Shown: positions 43,080-54,210, counted from the stretch's first letter. The stretch: DNA of 64,000 bases from Atribacterota bacterium (GCA_028717805.1 JAQUNC010000001.1:52269-116268), one strand, 5' to 3'. Translations and numbers: made by a program. The notes: a model not told the origin generated them from the sequence alone.

Positions 43080-43919
43080 GATGGAGGATATTAATAAAAG
43101 ATAATTAGTCTTTATTTTATTTATTTTATCCAAGTTACCCCTTATATCTTTCTTAGAAGTTAGAAATTTTGCTTGTAAGTTCATTCTATGTTACTTAAAT
43201 ATCTATTCATTTTAATTTTATTTATTATTTTTTCCATCATTTAGTAAAATTATTTAAAATTAAAATGTAATTCATTACTTCCAATATTAGTTTCGGTTAT
43301 TCTAAATAATATTAAAAAATCTTTTTAATACGATATGCTTACGTTTAATTTAATTTCTTTTGAACAAACAATAAATATTTCTCTCATTAATGGAATACAA
43401 AATAAGTATTAGAAATTCTATAATATTGATTGATTAATATAATTATTTTGATAATTTTAACTAACTTTATTAGTTATTATATTCAACACTGTATTTTAAA
43501 AATATTTTTATAAATATGTTTAAAAATAAAAAATATTAGAAAATAAACTAACATATTATTGTAATATACCAGAATAACTCAAAATACGTTCAAAATTGAA
43601 AAAATAATTAGGTATTAATGGTTTTATATTTATAGAAAAAATATCAATATTTTTTCAATTAATTGTAAATATTAATTCAATCCAAAATATTTAAAAGATA
43701 GAAGTATTTTTTAAATAAGTATACTAATATATGATGTTATATAATTTCAATGAACAAACTTCAAAATTTCATTGTAAAAATATTTTTAAAAAAATAAAAA
43801 AATAGAAATAGAATATTTAATATTGAAATATATTATTTTTATTTTTCAATTATATTTCAATATTCATTAAAGCTTATTACTACATATAAAAATATAAAAA
43901 GACAAATTTGGTAAGTTAA

Positions 43920-44264
43920 TTAGCAAGTTAAGTGTAACGCAGCAACTTTTTTTAGAGCAGTTTCCTTATTATAATATTGACAAGCTATTTTTGTTTTTTC
44001 AACTATTAGATTTTTTATACCCAAATCTTTTAATTCTTGTATCAAATAATTATCAACCTTCATCAAGCCATATCTACCGGTACCAATAATTAAAATATCT
44101 GGTTTATAATTTATAACGCTTTCTAAATCTGCAATCCTTAAAAAATGCTCTTCTCCTCTCCACCATTTATCCTGAACATGATCGGGAAATACAATAACAT
44201 CTGTTTTATAGCTTGAACCATTAATTATTATTTTACCAAATTGATATTTTACAATAGTATTCAT
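43920..44264 (-). CDS. Mth938-like domain protein (DUF498 family)
   Basis: 114 aa with ...DVIVFPDHVQDKWWRGEEHFL...PDILIIGTGRYGLMKV...LGIKNLIVEKTKIACQYYN, which matches the Mth938 fold family consensus. Confidence 0.6.
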   Translation of the reverse strand: MNTIVKYQFGKIIINGSSYKTDVIVFPDHVQDKWWRGEEHFLRIADLESVINYKPDILIIGTGRYGLMKVDNYLIQELKDLGIKNLIVEKTKIACQYYNKETALKKVAALHLTC

Positions 44265-44315
44265 ATTTATTATTTATTATTAATAAATTCTAAAATATTA
44301 TATGAACTTAAAAAC

Positions 44316-45179
44316 TTATTGAAAAATAATTGAAGCATAACCAACAACCTGATCATTCATACCGGAAACATCGCCTGATGTGGCATATTTTAATAATTTA
44401 CCCCTATTGATACCTAATCTTTTACAAGTCTCCATCACTACAGAAATAGTTCCAGGACCGCAAATAGAAGCACCATTTTCCTGAATTGTTTTATAAAAAA
44501 GGCCAGTATCCATATTAAGAATTTGCTTAATTCCTTCAGCATCTTTGCGCTTTGTACTTTCCTGGTCTTCATAGTGATTGAAGTCAGAACTGGCAATTAA
44601 GAGAAATGCACTGTAATTGTCCTTAATTGTTTTGTATATTATATCGGTTAGATATTTCATTAATGAAAGTTGCTGATTAGTGACGCAAATAGGTATGATT
44701 TTGTATTCATTGGCAGGATAAATGAATTGCAAAAATGGTAACTGCACTTCAATGGAATGTTCAAAAAGATGTGCTTGAAAATCATCTTGGATCATTTTTT
44801 TTTCATCATGAGCAAGCATTTCACTGGCTATAAGCTGATCAATTTCTATCATTCCTAGGGGTGTTTCCCATTGACCCGAAGACATAAGTGATATGTCTCC
44901 TCCCAAACCTCTATGATTAGGGCCAAGTATAATAATAATTGGAGGCGTTTTTTCTAAAGAAAGTTGTAAATAATTATAAGCTGCAACTGGACCTGAAAAC
45001 ATAAATCCTGCATGGGGAGAAATAATACCCATTATTTTTCTATCTCTTTTCTCATTTTTCGTGGGTAATGCTTGAGGACCGATTTGATGCAAAAAGCAAT
45101 CTTTTATTTGTTGATATAAGGATTTCCGATTAGCTGCATAAAAAGAACCAGCGACAACAGCTCTTCTTTTGTGTTCCAT
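44316..45179 (-). CDS. MEMO1-family protein (AmmeMemoRadiSam system protein B-like)
   Basis: 287 aa with AVVAGSFYAAN...GIISPHAGFMFSGPVAAYNY...LGPNH, typical MEMO1 motifs. Confidence 0.75.
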   Translation of the reverse strand: MEHKRRAVVAGSFYAANRKSLYQQIKDCFLHQIGPQALPTKNEKRDRKIMGIISPHAGFMFSGPVAAYNYLQLSLEKTPPIIIILGPNHRGLGGDISLMSSGQWETPLGMIEIDQLIASEMLAHDEKKMIQDDFQAHLFEHSIEVQLPFLQFIYPANEYKIIPICVTNQQLSLMKYLTDIIYKTIKDNYSAFLLIASSDFNHYEDQESTKRKDAEGIKQILNMDTGLFYKTIQENGASICGPGTISVVMETCKRLGINRGKLLKYATSGDVSGMNDQVVGYASIIFQ

Positions 45180-45217
45180 AAAAAATCCTCCTAAAAAAGT
45201 ATATTAAAGGTTCTAAT

Positions 45218-46672
45218 CTAAAAACTGTTCCTACCTTTAAAATGTTTACCACTTCTTTTCTTTTTACTTGAAATCTTTGGAAATATAAAAAAGATGACCA
45301 TAATTAAAATAATAAGTGCAATAATAAGCTTAAAAAATATTGAATTATATAGATATTTAATATAAGTCAAATAATAATTCATTTTTGCTTCAGGGTAATT
45401 CGGTTGATTTTCCAGAACGATTTTATAATGCTTTAAAGCTTCTTGGTAACGATTTTCTTTCGTGTAATGCGTTGCTAATGTATAATGAGTATCGATTAGT
45501 TTTAAATTAATATTTTGATCTTGTGGATATTCTTGCAGAATTAGTGAATATTGTTGTATTGCCTGTTCTAACTGACCATTTTCAAAATACGCCACAGCTA
45601 TTGCTTTCATACTGTCAATATCTTTTGGATCTTCTTCTAGTACCTTCTGGAAAGATTGAATTGCTTCATTCCACTGTTTATTTTCCAGGTACTCTATTCC
45701 CAGTTTCTTATTGACAATTATTTTGGAAATGCAATACTTTATGATTCTATTATTACCAGCATCAGCTACATAAATATAACCTCTTTGATCAATGGCGATA
45801 CCTTCCGGATACATTAAAGATACGCCATGCTCATTTGCTCCAAATTCTGTTGCAAAATTAAATTCATTATTATATTGGACCACTTTACCATTTCTATAAT
45901 CCGTTATATAAATATTATTTTTTTTATCAATAGCGATATATCTTGTTCCATTAAATTCACCAGGACCACTGCCAGCAGAGCCTATACGTCTAATGAATTG
46001 ACTTTTTTCATTAAAAATTTGCACTTGATGATGAAAAGTATCGGCAACATAGATATTTCCCTCTTTATCAAGAGCAATACCTCTGGGATAATAAAACTCT
46101 CCATCACCCATCCCTTCTCTGCCAAAAGCAAATAATAGGTCAAAATCTTTTGAAAATACTTGAATTCTGTTATTGCCGGTATCGGCAACATAGATATTTC
46201 CCTCTTTATCAAGAGCAATACCTCTGGGATTATCAAATTCTCCTGGTTTATTACCAGGTTGACCAAATATAGTAATTAATTGACCATCAGGAGATATTTT
46301 TTGTATCCTATGATTGTGTTGCTCTACCACAAAAATATTATTTTCGTTATCAAAAGCAATCCCTACCGGTCCATCTATTTGTACATTGCTTTTTTCATCT
46401 GGTATCATACCTAAAAAATTTCCATTATTATCAAATATTTGTATCCTATCATTTTCCCAGTCAGTAACATAAATGTTATCATCTTGGTTCAGAGCAATGC
46501 CAACCGGGTAATTAAATTCCCCTGCTTTGTTACCATATTCACCAAATGTGGCTTCAATAACATATTCACTATTATTAGCTAATACAACTTGAGGATATAC
46601 AATCAGTAATATAAATATAAATAAAACAAATAAATTGCTACAATTACCCTTACTTTTATTTATGTTTGGCAT
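45218..46672 (-). CDS. NHL-repeat beta-propeller plus TPR-repeat protein, with an N-terminal signal peptide and a C-terminal TM anchor
   Basis: Repeated G..NYP.GIA.D..GNIYV.D..N.RIQ.F NHL units (at least 5), TPR-like helices in the C-terminal third, then a TM helix IIALIILIMVIFFIF and a basic tail. Confidence 0.7.
   Translation of the reverse strand: MPNINKSKGNCSNLFVLFIFILLIVYPQVVLANNSEYVIEATFGEYGNKAGEFNYPVGIALNQDDNIYVTDWENDRIQIFDNNGNFLGMIPDEKSNVQIDGPVGIAFDNENNIFVVEQHNHRIQKISPDGQLITIFGQPGNKPGEFDNPRGIALDKEGNIYVADTGNNRIQVFSKDFDLLFAFGREGMGDGEFYYPRGIALDKEGNIYVADTFHHQVQIFNEKSQFIRRIGSAGSGPGEFNGTRYIAIDKKNNIYITDYRNGKVVQYNNEFNFATEFGANEHGVSLMYPEGIAIDQRGYIYVADAGNNRIIKYCISKIIVNKKLGIEYLENKQWNEAIQSFQKVLEEDPKDIDSMKAIAVAYFENGQLEQAIQQYSLILQEYPQDQNINLKLIDTHYTLATHYTKENRYQEALKHYKIVLENQPNYPEAKMNYYLTYIKYLYNSIFFKLIIALIILIMVIFFIFPKISSKKKRSGKHFKGRNSF
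46039..46229. repeat. Perfect 50-bp direct repeat (copies at 46039-46088 and 46180-46229, period 141 bp) inside the NHL-repeat gene
   Basis: tatcggcaacatagatatttccctctttatcaagagcaatacctctggga occurs twice. It encodes IALDKEGNIYVADT in two adjacent NHL blades. Confidence 0.8.
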
Positions 46673-46699
46673 AAGAATTTACCTCACTGTAATTTTTAT

Positions 46700-47329
46700 C
46701 TACATCATTTTTTTTGATAAATGAGTCAATTCCCTTATTTTATTTTCTATTTTTAGTAGGGAATCTTTTATATATTTCACCTCTTTACGCTTATTCCTAT
46801 CAAGGTATAATGGTTTACCAAAATGAATATAGATATATTGTTTTTTAAACAATGCTGGGAATTTAGCATGTGGAGGATAAATTTCAAAAGTTCCACTCAA
46901 TCCCACTGGAATAATTGGTACATTAGTTTGTAAGGCTATTTTTATCAATCCTGAATTAAATTCTAAAAGTCTTCCATCTAAAGAACGCGTTCCTTCCGGG
47001 AATATACCAAGGATTTGGTCTTTTTTTAGCAAAGCTATACTTTTTCTAATAGAAGCAGGATTAATATTTTTTCTATCAACCGGAATGACTCCTATTCTTT
47101 TTAGAATAAAACCGAGGATAGGTATATCAAATACTTCCTTTTTAGCAATAAAGTATATTGGTTTTTTTACCGCAATTCCCAAAATAAATGGATCTAAATA
47201 GCTAACATGATTTGCTGCCAAAATATAAGGACCTTTATAATTAGATATATCTTCTCCCTCTATTTTTAGCGGCCAGAAAAGACAAATAACTATATGACAA
47301 ATAAACCTACAAACTTTGTAAATAATCAT
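46700..47329 (-). CDS. plsC: 1-acyl-sn-glycerol-3-phosphate acyltransferase PlsC
   Basis: ANHVSYLDPFIL (HxxxxD) and FPEGTRS motifs, 209 aa. Confidence 0.85.
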   Translation of the reverse strand: MIIYKVCRFICHIVICLFWPLKIEGEDISNYKGPYILAANHVSYLDPFILGIAVKKPIYFIAKKEVFDIPILGFILKRIGVIPVDRKNINPASIRKSIALLKKDQILGIFPEGTRSLDGRLLEFNSGLIKIALQTNVPIIPVGLSGTFEIYPPHAKFPALFKKQYIYIHFGKPLYLDRNKRKEVKYIKDSLLKIENKIRELTHLSKKMM

Positions 47330-47463
47330 TTATTCATTTCTTTGTTAAAAAATTTTCCCCATAATTCTTAACTAACTATTTTTTCGATAGTTCTAAAAGA
47401 GAACTGTCGTTTGATAATAGTTATCATTAAAAATCATATTTTTTATTAAATAATATCAAACCA

Positions 47464-47540
47464 TGGTGTGCCCGAGAGGATTTGAACCTCCAATCTACGG
47501 CTCCGGAGGCCGTCGCTTTATCCAGTTAAGCCACGGGCAC
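47464..47540 (-). tRNA. tRNA-Arg (anticodon CCG), CCA encoded
   Basis: The reverse complement folds as a canonical cloverleaf: acceptor GTGCCCG/CGGGCAC, anticodon stem ACGGC/GCCGT with loop CTCCGGA, T arm GGAGGTTCAAATCCTCT, 3' ACCA. Confidence 0.85.
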
Positions 47541-47792
47541 CTATTTTATTATTATATATAATATCATTTTTATAGGTTAAAATGCCAGGTAATTTTTTAA
47601 CAATTTAGTGAATTAAGAAGAAATTTCTTAATCAAATTGATAAATTCATAGATTGTTTTGAAAAATATTTGAAGTTGTTGTTGCGATGTTTGGATAAATA
47701 GATTCAGAGAAATAGAATAGATATATTATGACTATATGATAAAAAGATATTATCAAGGTATATGTGATTTCGAATCAGATATTACTATATTT

Positions 47793-48419
47793 TTATTCGT
47801 ATTCGCCTCGTATCATCTCTTTAATACGCATAATGGCTGAATTATTAGATCGGGCCATTTCATCTAGTTTCATTGTTATAAATTTTATAGTATCTTCTAA
47901 ATTGGGAATCATTACGTATTCTAATGCATTAACTCTTCTTCTGGTTTTTTCAATTTCTTCAGTTAGTAATATTATGGTTTTATCTAATTCTGCCATTTTT
48001 ATCATTAGAGGCATAATCTCATGGTATTTTTTTATGGCACTATCTAATTCAGGGCTTGTTTTAATCATACCATAAGTATATAAATTTCCTTCCTCTATGA
48101 TTTTATATTTTGGTACTTTTACACTCATTATGTTTTGATGTTCAACTTTAACTTTGGTATCTCTTTGGGGAAATAAGAAAATGGAATTCAACTCATCTTC
48201 TCCCATATATAAAGTAGCAAGAAGAAATTCATTCATATATTCTCTCATCTTCTTATCAAATTCTTCTCTTGTTTTTTTATTTTCCTGAACTAGTTTTATA
48301 AATATTTGGATAAGTGCATCACGTTTATCTCTTAGTAGTTTATACCCACGCCTTGCCAGTTCTAACCTGCGTTTTAATCTTAATAACTCCATACGATTAG
48401 GATTAACAGCTAATATCAT
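47793..48419 (-). CDS. ntpD: V/A-type ATP synthase subunit D
   Basis: MELLRLKRRLELARRGYKLLRDKRDAL N-terminus, 208 aa. It is the last gene of the operon. Confidence 0.9.
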   Translation of the reverse strand: MILAVNPNRMELLRLKRRLELARRGYKLLRDKRDALIQIFIKLVQENKKTREEFDKKMREYMNEFLLATLYMGEDELNSIFLFPQRDTKVKVEHQNIMSVKVPKYKIIEEGNLYTYGMIKTSPELDSAIKKYHEIMPLMIKMAELDKTIILLTEEIEKTRRRVNALEYVMIPNLEDTIKFITMKLDEMARSNNSAIMRIKEMIRGEYE

Positions 48420-48479
48420 TATTAGAAAACCTCTTGATGAAATTGTAAAGTAATGAAATAATTTTTATATTCTTATTTT

Positions 48480-49895
48480 TTATTCTTTATTGTTTATTTC
48501 GTTTTCTTTATTATTTGATGGTTTGGGCAAATACTTATTTATGTACTCATCTTTAATTCTTTTCAATTCATTTATTGGTAATATGGCTAGCGTTTCCCAT
48601 CCAATACTTAGACTTTTTTCAATATCCCTATTCTCATCTTCTCCTTGCTGGACAAAAATCTCTTCAAATTTATCAGAAAATTCAACGTATTTCTTATCTT
48701 CTTCAGTCAATGCAGCTTCACCCAATATAGTAGCTAGTTCTTTTGATTCTTTTCCTCGAGCATAAGAGGCAAAAAGTTGGTTCATAACATTAGCATGATC
48801 CTCTCGGGTTTTATTTTCTCCAATTCCCTTGTCCTTTAAACGTGATAAAGAGGGCAGGACATTTATAGGAGGATATATTCCTTTTAGATGCAATTCGCGT
48901 GCCAGGATAATCTGACCTTCTGTGATGTATCCGGTCAAATCTGGGATAGGATGTGTTTTATCATCTTCCGGCATACTAAGAATTGGCATTAGAGTAATCG
49001 AACCTTTTTTGTCTTTTATTCTTCCTGCTCTTTCGTAAAGTGTCGCTAGATCAGTATATAAATAACCAGGATATCCCCTTCTCCCCGGTACTTCTTTACG
49101 GGCTGCAGATACCTCTCTTAAAGCTTCACAATAATTAGTCATATCTGTTAAGATTACCAGTACATGCATATCCTTTTCGAAAGCCAAATATTCTGCAGTA
49201 GTAAGAGCCATTCTTGGAGTAATTATTCTTTCAATTGCTGGATCATTGGCCAGGTTAATATACATTACGCTCTTTTCTATAGCCCCTGTTCTTCTAAAAT
49301 CATTAATAAAAAAGTTAGCTTCTTCAAAAGTAATGCCCATTGCTGCGAATACTACGGAAAAACCTTCTTCTTTACCTAGGACTTTTGCTTGGCGTGCAAT
49401 TTGAGAAGCAACTTTAGAATGTGGTAATCCTGCACCGGAAAAGATGGGTAGCTTCTGACCTCTAACCAAAGTATTTAGAAGGTCAATAGAAGAGATTCCA
49501 GTCTGGATGAAATCATTAGGGTAATCCCGAGCATAAGGATTTAATGGACTTCCATTAATATCTAATCGTTTTTCAGCAATTATCCTAGGCCCTTGATCAA
49601 TTGGCCTACCAGAGCCATCAAATATTCTCCCCAGTATATCCATAGAAACCGGTATCTCTATTACTCTTCCTAAAAAACGTACCTTAGTATTGAATACATC
49701 AATTCCTGAAGTTCCTTCAAACATTTGGACAACGGCTTTGTCTTCTGATACCTCTAGAACTTGCCCTCTTCTTTTTTCCCCATCTGATAATTCTATTTCT
49801 ACTAATTCATCGTACTTAACATTAGTTATTTTGTTAACGATTATTAGTGGACCATTCACTTTAGTAATTGTAGAATATTCTTTTATCATGGTCAT
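48480..49895 (-). CDS. ntpB: V/A-type ATP synthase subunit B
   Basis: 471 aa with the non-catalytic nucleotide-binding fold, IFSGAGLPH, and typical V-ATPase B conservation. Confidence 0.95.
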   Translation of the reverse strand: MTMIKEYSTITKVNGPLIIVNKITNVKYDELVEIELSDGEKRRGQVLEVSEDKAVVQMFEGTSGIDVFNTKVRFLGRVIEIPVSMDILGRIFDGSGRPIDQGPRIIAEKRLDINGSPLNPYARDYPNDFIQTGISSIDLLNTLVRGQKLPIFSGAGLPHSKVASQIARQAKVLGKEEGFSVVFAAMGITFEEANFFINDFRRTGAIEKSVMYINLANDPAIERIITPRMALTTAEYLAFEKDMHVLVILTDMTNYCEALREVSAARKEVPGRRGYPGYLYTDLATLYERAGRIKDKKGSITLMPILSMPEDDKTHPIPDLTGYITEGQIILARELHLKGIYPPINVLPSLSRLKDKGIGENKTREDHANVMNQLFASYARGKESKELATILGEAALTEEDKKYVEFSDKFEEIFVQQGEDENRDIEKSLSIGWETLAILPINELKRIKDEYINKYLPKPSNNKENEINNKE

Positions 49896-51676
49896 TCTTC
49901 CTTTCCTGACTTTTTTGACATGAGGGAATTAATCTGTTCTTTTATTTGATCTTTTATTTTCATAAACTCTTCTAATTTTTCTTCAGGTATATATTTAGCT
50001 CTAGCTATTTGATTTTTTACTGATAATTGATTTAGTTGTTCATTGGTGATATAGTCTTCCTGAATAGCTGATGTTGCCATTTTATGAAAAAAGATGATTA
50101 AATCTAACATTAAGTATTGCTTTTTCATAGAGGTATAAGTATCAATTTCATCAAAGGCGTTTTGGTGTAAGAAATCTTCTCTAATAGAACGTGCAGTATC
50201 TAGGATTAGACGCTCTCTTTTTGACAGGGCATCAATACCTACTAATCTAACTGTTTCTTCTAATTCAGATTCTTCCTGAAGAATACTCATAGCAGTTGTT
50301 CTAATATTAATAAAATCTTTACTTATTTCTTCTTGGAAATAATCACTCAATTGGTCGAGATAAAGAGAATAACTTTTTAACCAATCAATTGCCGGGAAAT
50401 GCCTTTTATAAGCTAATTTATCTTGTAAACTCCAATAAACCTGTACTGTTCTAAGAGTATTCTGAGTAACTGGTTCTGATAAATCACCCCCAGGTGGAGA
50501 TACTGCGCCGATAACACTTATAGTTGCTTCATGTTCTTGCGAAGACAAACATTTTACTCGACCTGACCTTTCATAGAAGCTAGCAATCCTCGTTCCTAAG
50601 TAGGCAGGATATCCTTCTTCCCCCGGCATCTCTTCCAACCTACCAGAAATTTCACGCATTGCTTCAGCCCATCTTGATGTGGAATCAGCCATTAAAGCAA
50701 CATTATATCCCATATCTCGATAATACTCTGCGATAGTGATACCTGTATATACTGATGCTTCTCTAGCTGCAACAGGCATATTAGAAGTATTAGCAATCAA
50801 GACTGTTCTTTCCATTAGTGGTTTACCTGAATTAGGATCAATTAGCTCAGGAAATTCAAGTAAAACATCGGTCATTTCATTTCCTCTTTCTCCACAACCA
50901 ATAAAGACTATTATTTCAGCATTACACCATTTAGAAAGTTGGTGTTGTACAACAGTTTTCCCACTGCCGAAAGGACCAGGAATACAAGCAGTACCACCCT
51001 TGGCAATAGTAAAGAATGTATCAATAACTCTTTGACCGGTAATCAGTGGTTCTTTGGGAGGTAATTTTTCTTTAAAAGGACGTATTTTTCTTACCGGCCA
51101 TTTTTGTAGCATTTGAACTTCATGAAGATTTCCATTTTTATCCTTAATCTTAGCAATAGTATCACTCACGCTATAACTACCTTCGTTGATACTTTCAATT
51201 ATCCCTTCCATCCCAATAGGAACCATAATATAATGAGATACTATAGAAGTTTCCTGAATAACACCTAATCGATCCCCAGAAGTAACATGATCACCGTTCT
51301 GTTTTAATGGTTTAAAACCCCATTTGGTTGATCTAATCAAACTGTGAGCTTCCACTCCTCTGGAAATAAAAGCTCCTTCATTTTGAAATATTATATCTAA
51401 AGGTCTTTGGATTCCATCATAAATTGATTTAATGAGACCAGGACCTAATTCTACGCTTAGGGGTAAACCAGTAGTATAAACAGGTTCTCCAGGGCCGATA
51501 CCAGACGTTTCTTCATATACCTGAATAGTTGCTCTATTTTTATTTAATTCAATTATTTCTCCAATCAATTTATTTTCACTAACTCTTACTACATCATACA
51601 TTTTAGCTCCTAATAAATTTTCAGCAATTACAACCGGTCCTGATACTTTTACAATTTTGCCTGTATTTTCTTGCAT
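49892..51676 (-). CDS. ntpA: V/A-type ATP synthase catalytic subunit A
   Basis: 594 aa with P-loop GPFGSGKT and the non-homologous insert region typical of the A subunit. Confidence 0.95.
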   Translation of the reverse strand: MQENTGKIVKVSGPVVIAENLLGAKMYDVVRVSENKLIGEIIELNKNRATIQVYEETSGIGPGEPVYTTGLPLSVELGPGLIKSIYDGIQRPLDIIFQNEGAFISRGVEAHSLIRSTKWGFKPLKQNGDHVTSGDRLGVIQETSIVSHYIMVPIGMEGIIESINEGSYSVSDTIAKIKDKNGNLHEVQMLQKWPVRKIRPFKEKLPPKEPLITGQRVIDTFFTIAKGGTACIPGPFGSGKTVVQHQLSKWCNAEIIVFIGCGERGNEMTDVLLEFPELIDPNSGKPLMERTVLIANTSNMPVAAREASVYTGITIAEYYRDMGYNVALMADSTSRWAEAMREISGRLEEMPGEEGYPAYLGTRIASFYERSGRVKCLSSQEHEATISVIGAVSPPGGDLSEPVTQNTLRTVQVYWSLQDKLAYKRHFPAIDWLKSYSLYLDQLSDYFQEEISKDFINIRTTAMSILQEESELEETVRLVGIDALSKRERLILDTARSIREDFLHQNAFDEIDTYTSMKKQYLMLDLIIFFHKMATSAIQEDYITNEQLNQLSVKNQIARAKYIPEEKLEEFMKIKDQIKEQINSLMSKKSGKEE

Positions 51677-51678
51677 TC

Positions 51679-52002
51679 TTATCCCTCTTTTCTAAACAAT
51701 ATATCTGTACCAACTGCTTTTTCTACATTCTTTCTTAACTTTTTTATACTGAGCTCAGAATCTTTTATACGATTTGGGAGGATACAAATTGAAATCGGTG
51801 ATATTTTTTGAAATTGTTCAATTTCATCAATAACCAAATGGGCAATATTATCAGTGATAAATACTATCTTATAATCACCATGACAGCATTTTTCTAAAGC
51901 TTCTTTAGTCTCAGTCAGATCAGTTACTGGAAATAGTTGAAATCCAATGAGGTTATAACCAATAATAGTCTCTTTTTCTCCAATTATTGCTATATTAGAC
52001 AT
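51679..52002 (-). CDS. ntpG: V/A-type ATP synthase subunit F
   Basis: About 107 aa starting MSNIAIIGEKETIIGYNLIG. The track ORF extends to 52059, but Met-20 at 52002 avoids overlap with subunit C. Confidence 0.8.
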   Translation of the reverse strand: MSNIAIIGEKETIIGYNLIGFQLFPVTDLTETKEALEKCCHGDYKIVFITDNIAHLVIDEIEQFQKISPISICILPNRIKDSELSIKKLRKNVEKAVGTDILFRKEG

Positions 52003-53047
52003 AAGCGTCCCTGACGTATTTTTTAATACTATCATTTGGTAAAGAATATCTCTTACCATTGATAATCATTCTAATATTTTTTATATCATTTTCTTTAGCA
52101 TAATAATAAGCAATTATGCTTTCCAGTCCAAAAGTAGTGTATTTACCTATTTTGAGTAAGCTTAATAGATAATTGTCACTTAACTGTTCAAGCTTCAATA
52201 ATGAATTATTTTCTAACCAGTATTTAATGCCTTCTTCAACTATTGTAGAATATTCTGTTTTTTGGAAATCATTTGACCAGGTATGCAGAGAATTATCATA
52301 AATATCAATTATTTTTTGAATTGGAAAATAACCATATTTTACTAATATCTCAAATAATTTTGATTTTCTAATATCTCTTATTTTGCACCGACAGGCAATA
52401 CTTAAATTTATTAAATCAATTTCAGTTTTATATAAGTAAAATAAAAAGGGATTGTTAATTTCTTCTAATTGATCAAAGATAATTTCATAGTAGCCTTGAT
52501 CCAATATTATTTCCATTAATTGCAAATTTTCTGATTTCATGTATTCAGCCTCTGATTGTTTAATAATCCTTTCAATTTTAACTGGCACTAACTGGAATTT
52601 CCCTTCAAAAACAGCTGCGAATAATCCATTTGAACTTATATTCCCCATATCATTATATATAGGGTAAGGTTCCTTTTTGTCGAGTGCTTTTGCTTTTAAC
52701 AGGACTTTTAAATTATGAAAATCATATTTCCATCTAAATAAATGCAACAAGTAAGGATATGGTGAAATTTCATTGATTATATTTAAAGTTACTTTTAAAA
52801 TATTTGCTAATACTTGATCAATATAATGAGAGTCAGTACTTTCAAAAGAGTATTCACTCAAGTTATTTTCAATTAATACTTTAAGGGCATTTTCTAAATC
52901 AGGAGCCCCAATCATTTTATTAATAACTTCTTTGTTTAATAAGTGTTTTTCCAGCTCTCTAATGCGAGCACAGGCATATCCATATTCTTCCTGTGTATTA
53001 GTAGTTTCATTGATATACTTGAGCATACTAACCCTCATTCTTAGCAA
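51995..53047 (-). CDS. ntpC: V/A-type ATP synthase subunit C
   Basis: About 345 aa, helical, with YGYACARIRELEKHLL near the N-terminus. The start is uncertain: an internal Met at 53026 would abut the subunit E stop. Confidence 0.8.
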   Translation of the reverse strand: MLRMRVSMLKYINETTNTQEEYGYACARIRELEKHLLNKEVINKMIGAPDLENALKVLIENNLSEYSFESTDSHYIDQVLANILKVTLNIINEISPYPYLLHLFRWKYDFHNLKVLLKAKALDKKEPYPIYNDMGNISSNGLFAAVFEGKFQLVPVKIERIIKQSEAEYMKSENLQLMEIILDQGYYEIIFDQLEEINNPFLFYLYKTEIDLINLSIACRCKIRDIRKSKLFEILVKYGYFPIQKIIDIYDNSLHTWSNDFQKTEYSTIVEEGIKYWLENNSLLKLEQLSDNYLLSLLKIGKYTTFGLESIIAYYYAKENDIKNIRMIINGKRYSLPNDSIKKYVRDAYV

Positions 53048-53636
53048 ATAGAAATTGGTTAAGTTGCGTTTCTATTTCATCCTTAATATTTTCCAAAATG
53101 ACTTCTAAAGAAGCATTTTTTTTAATATCTCCAGTACCTAGTACTACACCGCCCTTAATAGGAAGGCGATCTTCAGAAAGTTTCAATTCTCCCTTTTTGC
53201 CTTGTGCTTTTAGTTTTTTATTAATTTTAATGATGAATTCTTGGTTAATTGATTGTCGTTCTTGATTTCCAATATATACAGTTTCATCTCCTATTTCTAC
53301 GTTTTCCAGAATAAATTTTTCCATTAAAGATAAGTATTTATTATTTTCTAATTTAATTATTCTATTTATTGCTTCTGAGAAGATATTATCAATGATAGCT
53401 TGTTTTTCCGCGAGAATATCTTTGTTCGCATTCAATTTAGCTTCTGTAATAATTTTTTTCTCTTTTAGTTCGGCTTCTTGGTTATATCTTTCCAAAATTT
53501 CTTTTTGAATGGAATCAATTTCTTTTTTAGCTAAGCTTTTTATATTTTCTATCTTTACTTTGGTATCTTTAAATATTTTTTCCTTTTCTTCTAAAGCATC
53601 TTGTAATATCTTCTCTTTTATTTCTTTTATTGACAT
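53028..53636 (-). CDS. ntpE: V/A-type ATP synthase subunit E
   Basis: 202 aa with a long N-terminal coiled coil and a globular C-terminus. Confidence 0.85.
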   Translation of the reverse strand: MSIKEIKEKILQDALEEKEKIFKDTKVKIENIKSLAKKEIDSIQKEILERYNQEAELKEKKIITEAKLNANKDILAEKQAIIDNIFSEAINRIIKLENNKYLSLMEKFILENVEIGDETVYIGNQERQSINQEFIIKINKKLKAQGKKGELKLSEDRLPIKGGVVLGTGDIKKNASLEVILENIKDEIETQLNQFLFAKNEG

Positions 53637-53657
53637 AAGTAAAAATCTCCTCAGATA

Positions 53658-54134
<477 letters not shown>

Positions 54135-54210
54135 TCATATCCCCCTTTTATACTTTACATTTTTTTATCTTTATTCTTAATTTTATTTAGAATTATATTT
54201 AAATTATTAA

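Noticed and set aside
43024-43919. Possible CRISPR array or tandem-repeat locus in the large AT-rich non-coding tract
   Set aside because: There are no regularly spaced direct repeats of 24-40 bp and no cas genes nearby. The recurring motifs are short, irregular AT-rich words, as expected for low-complexity AT DNA.
43024-47541. Genomic island integrated at tRNA-Arg (Mth938/MEMO1/NHL/plsC block)
   Set aside because: There is no integrase or recombinase gene, no direct repeat of the tRNA 3' end, and plsC is a core gene. The composition does not differ visibly from the flanks.
47464-47541. tRNA-His suspected because of an extra G 5' of the acceptor stem
   Set aside because: The anticodon loop reads CU-CCG-GA, giving anticodon CCG, which is Arg. 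The 7-bp acceptor stem pairs cleanly without the extra G.
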